Shown: positions 29,463 through 39,922 of the stretch, piece after piece
Layout of the letters: every line of letters begins with the position of its first letter
Position numbering within the stretch: position 1 is the first letter of the stretch
From: a virus
Taxonomy: Duplodnaviria > Heunggongvirae > Uroviricota > Caudoviricetes
DNA length: 64,000 nt
IMG/VR virus record: IMGVR_UViG_3300028549_001428
Reading direction: 5' to 3' (one strand)
Program-made: the position numbers and the translations under genes
The notes under the pieces: model-generated
The model's input: the letters and a program-made list of their open reading frames with translations, nothing else
Told to the model about the DNA's origin: nothing
Databases searched by the model: none

Positions 29463-30122
29463 ATGTCTACAGCATTCGATAATTTACTATCATTAACACA
29501 GTCATTTGAACCATCCAATGGTGAAAAATGTAATCAATTTGGTAATAATGTATTACAACCTACCGATGGTGGTATATCAGATTTCAATAAAGGCGTTGCT
29601 ACGATGTCGCCATATGGTAGTAATTACAATATGGCATTAACTGAAGCCGTTGAATATCAATATGATACTAAATTATTATTTGATCACTTGAAACCAATCG
29701 AAGAATTATTCACTCAAAAACTAAAAGACCAGAATAAATCAGAAATGGAACGTAATAAAAAATACAAATCCAATGCTGATTATGGCTCTGGTATTGGATT
29801 TATGCAGGGTGTGGACGGTGAAGTGTCGGAAGATGAAGCCAATGCTATTAAAATGATGAAGCATGCTGAACACGAATCAAAATATCCACATATGCTATCA
29901 AGTAATGTTCAATTTGATTCCAAATATGATTTTTTAATGAGTTTAAAGAGTATTTTCTCTGATTTACCCGAAGATCAAATGAATAAAATCATAACAAATG
30001 CATCTGGATTCATTAGTGAATTTAAAATTGATAACTATAGAGATTTTATAAATACTGTAAAAACAGAAATGAAAAATCGAAACTATAGCAATACAGAAAG
30101 AGAGACTAGAGAATTTAGATAA
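29463..30122 (+). CDS. hypothetical late protein
   Basis: TATAAACTA at 29431-29439; terminator at 30121-30151. Confidence 0.65.
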   Translation: MSTAFDNLLSLTQSFEPSNGEKCNQFGNNVLQPTDGGISDFNKGVATMSPYGSNYNMALTEAVEYQYDTKLLFDHLKPIEELFTQKLKDQNKSEMERNKKYKSNADYGSGIGFMQGVDGEVSEDEANAIKMMKHAEHESKYPHMLSSNVQFDSKYDFLMSLKSIFSDLPEDQMNKIITNASGFISEFKIDNYRDFINTVKTEMKNRNYSNTERETREFR

Positions 30123-30182
30123 AAAAGGGAACCTAAAAAGGTTCCTTTTTTGCTATATTATGTACATAAATATGGAGCATTT

Positions 30183-31025
30183 ATGGCATATCCGATAAAA
30201 ATAACTAAAGCATACTTAGAAGTATTAAAAAATCTGTTGAAGGTGGCTAATAAAAGAGAAGTTCTGTTCTTTAAAGAAACTGAAACCTATATGATATCCC
30301 TAATGGATATGGGTACATTGGTTCATATATCTACCTCGGCAAATAATATATCATATTCAGATCCTGAAATTGGTATAGCTAATATGCCTGAGTTTATGGA
30401 TTACATAAAAGCAATTGATTATCCAAAGAAAGGAAATATTAAGTTTGCTCAAGAACGATCAACTAAAGGTAGATTACTTGACTGTTTAGTATTTAGTGAT
30501 GATTACGCAACATATAGAACTGTTGTAGCCGATCAAACAAAGTTTACTCCAAAGTATGATAAAAAAGTGCCTGTTTCAAGAGATAACGATCCAATGAAAC
30601 TAGTCGCAAAATTTACGTTAGATACTGATGATCTTGAGAGATTAACAACTGACATAAAATTAATGAAAAAGAGTGAATTTTTTGGATTGACCGTAAATGA
30701 ATCAATTTCCATATATATGCGAGGAATGGAAAGACAACAAGTAACTAGATTAATCGACGAAACCAACTCCGTAATATTTGATTCAAATGCATTAAATGTA
30801 GATGGAATTGAAAAATATAGATTGTTTCCAAGTAGAATATTTAACTTCATGTCAACCTTCGATTGTAAATTTGATATCGAACTTAGATATCTCGAATCTA
30901 GAAACACATTAGCATTCAAAGCATTTGGTAAAGTAATGCAAGAAAATGGAGATTTGATTAATATTTATATCGCCTCTCCTGAAAGTACATCCCAAATTAT
31001 GAGTAATTTTGATATAGTTGAATAA
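30183..31025 (+). CDS. sliding clamp (T4 gp45-like)
   Basis: N-terminal 'IKITKAYLEVLKNL' and 'EIGIANMPEF' resemble gp45; size fits; GGAG RBS before ATG 30183. Confidence 0.6.
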   Translation: MAYPIKITKAYLEVLKNLLKVANKREVLFFKETETYMISLMDMGTLVHISTSANNISYSDPEIGIANMPEFMDYIKAIDYPKKGNIKFAQERSTKGRLLDCLVFSDDYATYRTVVADQTKFTPKYDKKVPVSRDNDPMKLVAKFTLDTDDLERLTTDIKLMKKSEFFGLTVNESISIYMRGMERQQVTRLIDETNSVIFDSNALNVDGIEKYRLFPSRIFNFMSTFDCKFDIELRYLESRNTLAFKAFGKVMQENGDLINIYIASPESTSQIMSNFDIVE

Positions 31026-31098
31026 TTAAATGCGGTTTAATACCGCATTTTTTATTTAAATTATAAACTATTGATAATCACCAAAATTAGGTATAAAA

Positions 31099-32703
31099 AT
31101 GGAATTTAAGAAACTTGACGTACTAAATGCGCTAAAGAGTAAGAAGATTGATAATGGACCATCAGCTTCTGATACAAAATTAGATAAGCAAGATGTTATA
31201 AAAAATTTAGGTAAAGCATGTCCAAAGCCAACCGAAAAAACACCTGATAAAATAAATCAGATGGCTATCATTAAGAGAATGAATGGTGATATTGCTGACC
31301 CAGCCAAGGGAATTAAATTTGAATCCATTTGGACACCAGTTAAAGCAACCGTTAAGGACATTACTCAACGTATATTGACCGAAGCATCATTAACACCAAA
31401 TAACTCACCTAATGCATTTAGATTGGATTTAAAGAGTATTGTTCTAGATAAGATGCACAGTAAATTTAATATCAATAGAAAGAATAATAATGTTACTGTT
31501 GAATTAATTTACCCTAACGCAAATGGAAAAATTACAGTAAAATTAAATCTTGACGGTATAGATGATTCTGTATATGAAGTTGGTTTAGAAGATCAACAAT
31601 ACACAGGCAATTTTGGTGCGTCAATTATAAAATCAATAGATGATATATTGAACAAGCAAGCACAAGCGACTCCATCATTTGGTACACCATCTCAATTCGC
31701 AAATCCATCAGTTAGCGTATCTGGATTTTCTCCTAACTGGGTTCAGGGTGGATATAGCATGGAATCCGATGCAAGACATTTTAGTAATCTAATGACATTG
31801 GTTGAACAAGATGAAACAAAAAAACCAGAAGATGTAGATCCTACTGCTGATGAAGGTGGTGACGTACCTGTTGATGGTGGTGATGTTCCTACTGATGCTT
31901 CTGGTGATGTTAATTCCGATTCATTTGGTGCTGATGCATTCTCTGCTGATCCAGGTGGTATGGATATGGGCGGTGGTTCTGTTGGTGGTGGTATGGATTT
32001 AGGTGGAATGGGTGGCGGTGGTGCACCAGACGCTGATCCAAATGCTGTAAATGCTGATGAAGGAACCGTTGGATTAGAAGATAATGAAGAATACTCAACA
32101 TTTAGAGATTTTGCTGTAGATAATTTTACAACAACTAAAGACGGTATTATTGATGTACTATCAAATATTGTCGCTGATGGTGTAGGAAAACAATTAAATA
32201 ACTCAACTCAAGGTGTTAAATTAACATCATCGCAAATATCTAATGGCATGCAGGGATTAAATACAAGACCAGCTAAAGAAATTATTGATGCATTCTTACA
32301 ATTATATCCAGCATTAGATAGTGAATTCAAAGTTAGTGATTTGGAAACATTAGCCGAGAAATTAGAAGAACGTCCATCCCCAAGTGATTTCAATCAATTC
32401 ATGGAAGGATATATTAAAGAAATGCAAGGACAACAACAAAGTGATACCGATGTATTGCAATTACCAAATGCACCACAGGAACCTATGGGTGGTGCTCCAG
32501 AAGCAGGTGCAGGTAGTGCGCCTCCTAATGAGTTTGGTGATTTCATGGATGCATCAAATGAATTGGGTGGTGTCGAACCTACGCCAACTGAAGGTGAAAT
32601 CCCAACTGAAGGTGAAGATGAAGATGTGCAAGGTACATTAAGAAAAGCAGCCGAATTGGAAACAGGGGCTGGTCCTGAATTAAATGAATTTCCCAATGTA
32701 TAA
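31099..32703 (+). CDS. acidic Gly/Asp-rich late protein (possible head core/scaffold-like)
   Basis: Late promoter at 31062-31070; low-complexity G/D/E/P tracts. Confidence 0.55.
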   Translation: MEFKKLDVLNALKSKKIDNGPSASDTKLDKQDVIKNLGKACPKPTEKTPDKINQMAIIKRMNGDIADPAKGIKFESIWTPVKATVKDITQRILTEASLTPNNSPNAFRLDLKSIVLDKMHSKFNINRKNNNVTVELIYPNANGKITVKLNLDGIDDSVYEVGLEDQQYTGNFGASIIKSIDDILNKQAQATPSFGTPSQFANPSVSVSGFSPNWVQGGYSMESDARHFSNLMTLVEQDETKKPEDVDPTADEGGDVPVDGGDVPTDASGDVNSDSFGADAFSADPGGMDMGGGSVGGGMDLGGMGGGGAPDADPNAVNADEGTVGLEDNEEYSTFRDFAVDNFTTTKDGIIDVLSNIVADGVGKQLNNSTQGVKLTSSQISNGMQGLNTRPAKEIIDAFLQLYPALDSEFKVSDLETLAEKLEERPSPSDFNQFMEGYIKEMQGQQQSDTDVLQLPNAPQEPMGGAPEAGAGSAPPNEFGDFMDASNELGGVEPTPTEGEIPTEGEDEDVQGTLRKAAELETGAGPELNEFPNV

Positions 32704-32773
32704 ATAACAATTAAAAGGTATATTTAATGGTAGAATGTAAGTTCTACCATTTTTTATTTAAAGGAAAATAATT

Positions 32774-33952
32774 ATGTCCGAATTAAAAGTAATGAGAATC
32801 AGTGCTATAAATGATCTTCCACAAAGACTTTGTTTTATGGCAAAGGGATTGCAATCTGAATATCAAGCAGATAATGAACAATTATATATTGAATGTTATA
32901 GAAAAGAAAATGAAAATGTAATACGATTAAGCACAAGCACTGGAATATGGACAGAAGTTAACCCATATGATAAGGAAGATGGTGATATTTTACCATTTTC
33001 GGTATCAATTAATTTATATGACTTCTTTAATGCTGTTGATAATTGTGTTGATGAACTGATTTCTTTATGGATTGATGAAGAAACCAATGAATTGGTTCTT
33101 GATAGTTTTTATAATCCAGTTAAGGAATTGGATGAATTGGAAGTAAGACTTAAAATAGGTACTTCTAAATTTCCATTTAGACCTATAACTGTTACACCAG
33201 ATGCTAAATTAATAAATGCAATTGAAATAGATACTCAAGGTCTTCTTGAGATTATGACTCAGTTGAATTATGAAAAGTCAGCGGATGGCGTAAATATTAT
33301 AGTGGAAAATAAGAAATTAAAATTCCAAAATATACACGCTGGTATGAAAAGTACATTGACATTAAAATCTTATGAAAGAGATGATTATGGTACTGATTGT
33401 TCTGTATATATCCCATTTAATATATTTAGTTTGATGATGTCTACAGGTCAATACACACCTCTTACCTTCAACATTTATGATAATAACACGGTTACGTTGA
33501 CGACATGTGAATACAATTTCATGCATGTAGATACAACTAATACAGAAATATTTACAATAGATGTATCTAAATTTACTGATTATTTCGTAATGGATGCTAA
33601 ATTGTTAGAATGTAATATGAAATTACTTAACAAATTAACTCAACAAGCACCTATTGTTAATGTAAAATTTGAAAAGGTTGATGCATGTGTTGCAGATATA
33701 ATATGCGAATACCCAAATAGATATACAGTTGCTATGAGAACCGATCTAGCGATGCTATCGGATAAGGAAATGAATATAGATGCACGAATATTATCTGAAA
33801 TGATCAGACATACTAATGTTGATGCTATTAGAATCAAGATTGATGAGTTTGATGGTGTGTACATCGGATATGAAAATGCAACTATAAAGAAACAAATGGT
33901 ATATGATCATAGTGATTTTTCTAAGTATCGAGTATACAAAGAATCGCTGTGA
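32774..33952 (+). CDS. putative DNA-clamp-fold protein (DnaN/beta-clamp-like)
   Basis: 392 aa with three repeated clamp-like segments by eye (SVSINLYDFFNAV / SVYIPFNIFSLM / MNIDARILSEMI). Confidence 0.4.
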   Translation: MSELKVMRISAINDLPQRLCFMAKGLQSEYQADNEQLYIECYRKENENVIRLSTSTGIWTEVNPYDKEDGDILPFSVSINLYDFFNAVDNCVDELISLWIDEETNELVLDSFYNPVKELDELEVRLKIGTSKFPFRPITVTPDAKLINAIEIDTQGLLEIMTQLNYEKSADGVNIIVENKKLKFQNIHAGMKSTLTLKSYERDDYGTDCSVYIPFNIFSLMMSTGQYTPLTFNIYDNNTVTLTTCEYNFMHVDTTNTEIFTIDVSKFTDYFVMDAKLLECNMKLLNKLTQQAPIVNVKFEKVDACVADIICEYPNRYTVAMRTDLAMLSDKEMNIDARILSEMIRHTNVDAIRIKIDEFDGVYIGYENATIKKQMVYDHSDFSKYRVYKESL

Positions 33953-34121
33953 TAACTAAATTAGATATAAAACAACAAATCCCCTTAATAGGGGATTTGC
34001 GTGTAGATGCTAGAATTAATGTATCTCAGGATATATGGGATACATCGGTTGCATATATGTTTAGACCAACAGAATATATGAAAACAGTGATGCGATCCCA
34101 TGAACAATATATTGAAAATAC

Positions 34122-34655
34122 TTATAGACCAAGTTCTTTAAAAATTGATTCCATATCATTATCATCTGGCATTTGATCTGCTGTATCTGTATCAACGGCA
34201 TCACCAGTTTCTTCAGTAGGAGTTCCTTCTTCGGGTGGGACTTCTTCTGTTGGTACATCTGTAGGAGTTTCTGGTGGCAATTCCTCAGTAACTGGTTCAG
34301 TAGATGGATCAACTGCTGGTGCAACTTCCTCTGGTGGAGACTCTAGATTAGATTCAACTTCATTACCAAATTCCTGTGAAAGTTGATTAGTTTCATCTTC
34401 TTGAATTTGATCGGTTGCTTCTTTACTTGGATTATTCAAGTATTCTTCCATTCTTCGTCCAACTTCGGTATACAAATCGGTTTTTCCGAAATTAATGTAT
34501 TTAGTTGGATTGTACATGACATCATATTGAACCTCTCTATTATATTTATCCCATAGAGATTTTAATTCACGATATGTTTTACCAGTGGTATTACTTAAAT
34601 TTGATATATACAAAGATGTATTTGTATCGTTTCTAAAAGGTATATTAATGGGCAT
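34122..34655 (-). CDS. hypothetical late protein with acidic tail
   Basis: GGAG RBS; late-type promoter at 34674-34682 (minus strand). Confidence 0.65.
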   Translation of the reverse strand: MPINIPFRNDTNTSLYISNLSNTTGKTYRELKSLWDKYNREVQYDVMYNPTKYINFGKTDLYTEVGRRMEEYLNNPSKEATDQIQEDETNQLSQEFGNEVESNLESPPEEVAPAVDPSTEPVTEELPPETPTDVPTEEVPPEEGTPTEETGDAVDTDTADQMPDDNDMESIFKELGL

Positions 34656-34736
34656 TTTTATTCTCCGTTACTAAAGTTTATATAAAAATTAGGATTTTTA
34701 TAAACTATTATAAATTACTATAAAAACGGAGCCTTT

Positions 34737-35435
34737 ATGGATATCCTTAACTTAAATAAGTTAATGCAAGAAACAAAACTAATCGAAAGTATTTCGGAAT
34801 CGATTCAAGATACTCAAGCATATAACGTTGTTACAAAAAAGTCAAATATGACTATGATGGAATCGATTGATGACTTAGATGGTATTATGTCCAGAGGAAA
34901 TGATATCAATAGCGAAATTGATTTTTCCGAATTGGAAAACGCAGTTAGTGGATTAACTGAATGCGCAAATCAGCCACTTAGTAAAAAGGTAACTGAAAAG
35001 ATGAAAGAACCTATGAAACAAGAAAAGAAAGCACCTATACAAGAAGCAAGTGCTGCTAATCCTTCACAGGGAATAACAGACGCAAAGGCTTTTGTTAATG
35101 CAGGTCCTATAAAACAAACAGATTATGTTAAAGCAAAAACAGCATCAACTGAATGCAAAAAATTAGAAAACGCAAATACGGCATCGGAATTACCAGTAAC
35201 ATCACATAAGTCAGAAGGCGCAGTAGATACCCAAGCTGAAAAAGCAATGAAAGAAATGAAAAAAGGCGCAGACGCAAATAAGAAATGGGAAGATGTAGCC
35301 AAGAAACAAAGCAAATTAGCGACTAATTCAGTTAAATTTGAATCATTTATGAAATCACTAGAGAATGAAGATAATAAAGCACTTATAGAAAGTGCAGGTA
35401 AAGCATTCGATATTTTAATTAAGAAATACATATAA
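34737..35435 (+). CDS. hypothetical late protein (possible internal head protein)
   Basis: TATAAACTA at 34699-34707, GGAG RBS, many L/I-x-E sites. Confidence 0.65.
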   Translation: MDILNLNKLMQETKLIESISESIQDTQAYNVVTKKSNMTMMESIDDLDGIMSRGNDINSEIDFSELENAVSGLTECANQPLSKKVTEKMKEPMKQEKKAPIQEASAANPSQGITDAKAFVNAGPIKQTDYVKAKTASTECKKLENANTASELPVTSHKSEGAVDTQAEKAMKEMKKGADANKKWEDVAKKQSKLATNSVKFESFMKSLENEDNKALIESAGKAFDILIKKYI

Positions 35436-35539
35436 TAAAATAATACAATGATAAAGAAAAGCAACATAAAAAAATTATGTTGCTTTTTTCTTTTTTAGCT
35501 ATATTTGTATTGATCCCTAATGGGAGAAAGGTGAAAAAT

Positions 35540-38386
35540 ATGGTAGAATTAGAAAAAAAACCGATGTGGACGGCTATCCACCATGATCGTCAGAAAAATT
35601 TAATGTTTCTATGGTACACTGACGGTACTAGAACAGCGGTCAAGACTAAACATAGGTTCTTTACCCCGATTAGAGGTGAACATGGCTCATCTTTTAGTGG
35701 TATGAAGGATATCTATGGTCGGGATATGTATGAGGTTATATGCGACAGCAGAACCGAAATGGACATACGAAACCAAAACTTAGGCAGACATAATCACATA
35801 GCTGAATGTGATATTGATTTTAGAACTAGATGGTTACAACGAGCATACCAGAAATTTGATGATATTAGATTTTCCGCAAAAGATGTCAATATTTGTTATC
35901 TTGATATCGAAGTTGCAACACGTGGTAAGTTTCCATCTGCTGATAAAGCATTATATCCAATTAATTGTATTACTATCTACTTTTCAAAGTATGATAAATA
36001 TTATACCTTTGGGTTGAATGCAGAATTAAAGCAAGAAACTAAAGATCAATTAAAAGAACAAAATTGTGAATACATTAATTGTCCTACTGAAAGAGATCTT
36101 TTACGTGATATGTTTATTAAGATATCGGAAAATGAAGCTGATATCTTAACTGGATGGAATTCGGATTTCTTTGACATTCCATATATTGTAAAAAGAGCAG
36201 AAACGCTAGAAGTTCCTCTTAAACTATTGAGTAGATTACCAGAACAGTATAAATCAGCATATATAAGCAAGCAAGACAATTCGCTTGTTGTTGGTGGCAC
36301 TGAAATAATCGACTTCTTGAAATTATATAGAAAATTTAACTCTTCGGAAAGAGATAATTACAAATTAGATACCATTGGTGCTGTTGAATGTAATGAACGT
36401 AAAGCACCATTATCAAATGGATACTTGACATATTTAACGAATTGGGATGAGTTTATTCTATATAACTTCCAAGACGTTAGACTAATGACAAATATTGAAA
36501 AGAAATGTAGAATGTTTGATGCTACATTTACAGCTTGTTCAGAAGCACGAGTGCCATTCTCTGCTATTTTCGAAGCAAAAAAAATGTTAGTGGGCTTCAT
36601 ACTTAACTTCTTACATAAGAAGAATTTAGTAATGCCACCTCTAAAAGAAAATACACGTGAATGGTTTCCTGGTGCGTATGTGTATGCAACTCCTGGATAT
36701 TATTTATACTTGGTTTCGTATGACTATAGATCAATGTATCCATCGATTATGATGGGAGCAAATATTAGCCCAGAAACAAAAGTTATTTATCCTATTGATG
36801 AAGTTATACCAGAAGAAATCCTAAAGAATTTAGTTAGAAGTCCTTGGGATGCCAATGGTCAACGCCAAGTATTCTATAGAAAGGATATTGTTGGTATCGT
36901 TCCTCAAGTAGTTAAAACCTTGTTTGATGGTCGTACAGATCTTAAAAAAATGATGAAAAAAGTTAGAAAACAAGGTGACTTGGATCTAGCTGATTTTTAT
37001 GATATGAAGCAGAGAACATACAAGCTATTAGGTAACTCATTATATGGATTATTAGGAAATCCATATTTCCAGTTGTATGATATTGACAATTCTGCTTCCG
37101 TTACTGCATTTGGTAAAGCACTAATTACAGTAACTGTAGAAAGATTATGTGATTACATCGATAACCAATTGGTTGATGATATACGATTTGAAATGTTATT
37201 TGGTTATAGAGCACCTATAGATCCAGCATTAACTGGTACATTTGAAAATAAAGAAGGATTGACCATGTATAATCGTGTTAGTCACGGTGATACTGACTCA
37301 TTCTTCGTTAAGTATGCTGATATCTATAAGCCATATGAAGCATTTGTAGATAAGAAATTAGAAGTTCTTGTATTTAAGGGTAATGAATTAATTAAGCGTT
37401 CGATGTTTGATTATGCAACTCAAGAATTAAATGCTAAAAAAGAATTCAATTCCGCATGTACCACCTATTGCCCGTCATGGACTGATCCAGAAATAGATGC
37501 CAATAAGAAAAAGAAAATATTTGCTGAAGGCATTTTGATGGATAAGGATTATAGAGTAATCTATAATAGATTCTGTTTAACCGACTTCTGCCGTATCATG
37601 GATGCAGGTATTATGGAAGAAAAGTTGGCTTTATTCATGAGTGATTACGCCAACCACTGGAACTATTACGAAAACACATTATTCTTGAAGAGAGAAAAAT
37701 GCATACATCAGACTATAGTTACAGCTAAGAAAAAATATATTTGCAGAATTGAAAGTAACGAAGATGAAAAATATTTGGATAAAGAAACTTTAACACCGAA
37801 AGCAAAGTTTGGTGTTACTGGATTGGAAATCGTTAGAAGTTCAACTACTCCATTCTCACGTGATCGTATTATGAAATTGATCGATAAGATGTTCAAAAAT
37901 ATGGATAAAGGTGAAATACGAAGAGAGTATTTGAAAATAAAGGATGAATTCTTCCAAAAGGTTAATAATAAAGAATATTATGATATTTCTATTCCATCTG
38001 GCGTAAAATCAGATCCACCTAAATATTCAGATTGGATAACTTGGTCCGATGCTGAACGATCAAAGGTTGATTGGAGACTACGAGCAGGTTCAGTATGGAA
38101 TTACCTGATTGAAGTTGATGAAGTACTAAAGGAAACTACATTAGAACCAATATTTGAAGCATCTAAAGTTAAATTCATAAAGGTTTGTGAAAATAAATAT
38201 GGATTAAATTCAATTGCATTCGTTGGTGATAAATGTCCTGATAGAGTGCTTGAAATATTCGCACCTGACTGGCAAGAGCAATGGGTAAAAACATTCTCTC
38301 AAACAATGGATAGATTATTTGAAGCTGTTGGTTGGGGTAAGGGACTTGAAGACGATGAAAGAGATACAATGGTAGATTTACTATAA
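35540..38386 (+). CDS. family B DNA polymerase (T4 gp43-like)
   Basis: Exonuclease motifs DIE, GWNSDFFDIPY and YNFQDV; polymerase motifs DYRSMYPS, KLLGNSLYG, GDTDS, KKKY, GLEIVRSST. Confidence 0.95.
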   Translation: MVELEKKPMWTAIHHDRQKNLMFLWYTDGTRTAVKTKHRFFTPIRGEHGSSFSGMKDIYGRDMYEVICDSRTEMDIRNQNLGRHNHIAECDIDFRTRWLQRAYQKFDDIRFSAKDVNICYLDIEVATRGKFPSADKALYPINCITIYFSKYDKYYTFGLNAELKQETKDQLKEQNCEYINCPTERDLLRDMFIKISENEADILTGWNSDFFDIPYIVKRAETLEVPLKLLSRLPEQYKSAYISKQDNSLVVGGTEIIDFLKLYRKFNSSERDNYKLDTIGAVECNERKAPLSNGYLTYLTNWDEFILYNFQDVRLMTNIEKKCRMFDATFTACSEARVPFSAIFEAKKMLVGFILNFLHKKNLVMPPLKENTREWFPGAYVYATPGYYLYLVSYDYRSMYPSIMMGANISPETKVIYPIDEVIPEEILKNLVRSPWDANGQRQVFYRKDIVGIVPQVVKTLFDGRTDLKKMMKKVRKQGDLDLADFYDMKQRTYKLLGNSLYGLLGNPYFQLYDIDNSASVTAFGKALITVTVERLCDYIDNQLVDDIRFEMLFGYRAPIDPALTGTFENKEGLTMYNRVSHGDTDSFFVKYADIYKPYEAFVDKKLEVLVFKGNELIKRSMFDYATQELNAKKEFNSACTTYCPSWTDPEIDANKKKKIFAEGILMDKDYRVIYNRFCLTDFCRIMDAGIMEEKLALFMSDYANHWNYYENTLFLKREKCIHQTIVTAKKKYICRIESNEDEKYLDKETLTPKAKFGVTGLEIVRSSTTPFSRDRIMKLIDKMFKNMDKGEIRREYLKIKDEFFQKVNNKEYYDISIPSGVKSDPPKYSDWITWSDAERSKVDWRLRAGSVWNYLIEVDEVLKETTLEPIFEASKVKFIKVCENKYGLNSIAFVGDKCPDRVLEIFAPDWQEQWVKTFSQTMDRLFEAVGWGKGLEDDERDTMVDLL

Positions 38387-38418
38387 AAAATAAAGACCGC
38401 TAACCACGGTCTTTTTTA

Positions 38419-39488
38419 TTATCTAGTATATCCAATTTTGTTGTTATGATATGTACTTGAGTACTTTTTGCCATTCAGATTAAATGTACTAATACCTCGA
38501 ATGATATATACGCCAGTTCCTAACAATCTACCAGATTGAGCAACCAATAATCCATCTGAATTACTTGAAAGCAACTTGAGTTCTATATTATTAATAAAAC
38601 CTTTATTATACAAAGTATCGGTTCCAATTATTGTGTTTACGAATTGTCCTTGTTTATCATACACCTGTAGATTAAATGATATAGTTAATATATCGTTTTC
38701 ATCAAATTTAGTAACTGTGGTGTCTATGCTTATAGTAAGTATAGGTGTATGATGTAGAGTTTCTTGTGTTATAACTGCGCTGTGTATAAGTGTTGTGAGC
38801 ATAAAGCTATCTAATACAGGAACTGATTGAGTATCTATAACAACCGTATATGTGGTATCAAAAATTCCATTGGTATTTTTATAGTATCTATAACATTTAA
38901 TGTATCGGATATAAAAAAATTATTTACTATAGTATCTATAATATTATAATTCGAGTGTATTGTGTCATATATAGTATATAAATTTATCAATGTATCATTC
39001 ATCGTGATAGCTATTACGGTGGTGTCATATATCACAATAGGCATAATAGTAGTGTCATTTACAGTTACTGGATTATGAGTAGTATCATTCACCGTAACGG
39101 TTACTATTGTTGTATCATTTACGGTCACTGGATTAATCGTAGTATCATTTACTATAATAGAATTGATGATTGTATCATTAACGGTTACATTTATGGTTGT
39201 AGTGTCATAAATTGTATCATTTTTATAGTGATATATGTCACTACAGTATAAAAATTTGTCATCACATTCACCAGCAGCGCATGTCTTCCATATATGAGGT
39301 GTATGATAGATTGGTCTTATATATGTACCTACGCTAGTAACTGCCAGATAATTACCACCTTCATCACTTACACAATCACCTATTGCATATGTAGTTGTGG
39401 AACTCCAATTAGGACACATAGGAGTATATGATATAGTATGGGCAATTCCTGTAAATAATACTAGAATCGCTAGAATAATTGGTTTCAT
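38419..39488 (-). pseudogene. secreted protein (signal peptide, CBM5/12-like domain, DT repeats, FCB-type C-terminal domain) split by a -1 frameshift at an A5 run near 38876-38880
   Basis: ORFs 38835-39518 and 38419-38802 join if one A is added (...IDTIK|NTNGIFDTTYTVVIDTQ...), which continues the DT repeat pattern. Confidence 0.7.
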
Positions 39489-39489
39489 T

Positions 39490-39852
39490 TTAGTTACCTG
39501 TTTGACCGTAAGACGCACTATAGTTGCTTGTTTCTGATGATTTTAACGTATCTTTACCTAGAGAAGTTCTACCTGAAGGTGGTAATTGAGCGATTCTTGA
39601 TCCTGTCTGTGACATAATTGCTGTATTATTAAGTTCGTCGGGTAGAGTTTGTGGAAAATATTCAGTTGATGGATTTTGATACTTAACAGTTGATGCAACC
39701 GATGGGTGAGATACTACCTGTCCATTTGGCTTTCCATTTGCATCATCTGTACTTAATGATTCAATTAGATTAAACCCACTTATAATTGTATCAATAAGTT
39801 CAGGGTTTACATCATGCATATTATCTAAAAAGTTCACAAATTTTGTATTCAT
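39490..39852 (-). CDS. hypothetical late protein
   Basis: TATAAACTA (minus strand) at 39860-39868 supports a start at 39852. Confidence 0.6.
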   Translation of the reverse strand: MNTKFVNFLDNMHDVNPELIDTIISGFNLIESLSTDDANGKPNGQVVSHPSVASTVKYQNPSTEYFPQTLPDELNNTAIMSQTGSRIAQLPPSGRTSLGKDTLKSSETSNYSASYGQTGN

Positions 39853-39922
39853 ATAGCAATAGTTTATATGATTTGCTATATTTGATGAATACAAGTGCTA
39901 ACATTTTTTAAACGAGACTAAC

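Noticed and set aside
33949-34176. 75-aa ORF after the clamp-like gene
   Set aside because: Spans a terminator-like hairpin (about 33977-33998) and overlaps the convergent gene; no recognisable motifs
35540-38386. Intein or intron in the DNA polymerase
   Set aside because: The insert after GDTDS lacks C/S...HN intein ends and LAGLIDADG motifs; the ORF is continuous
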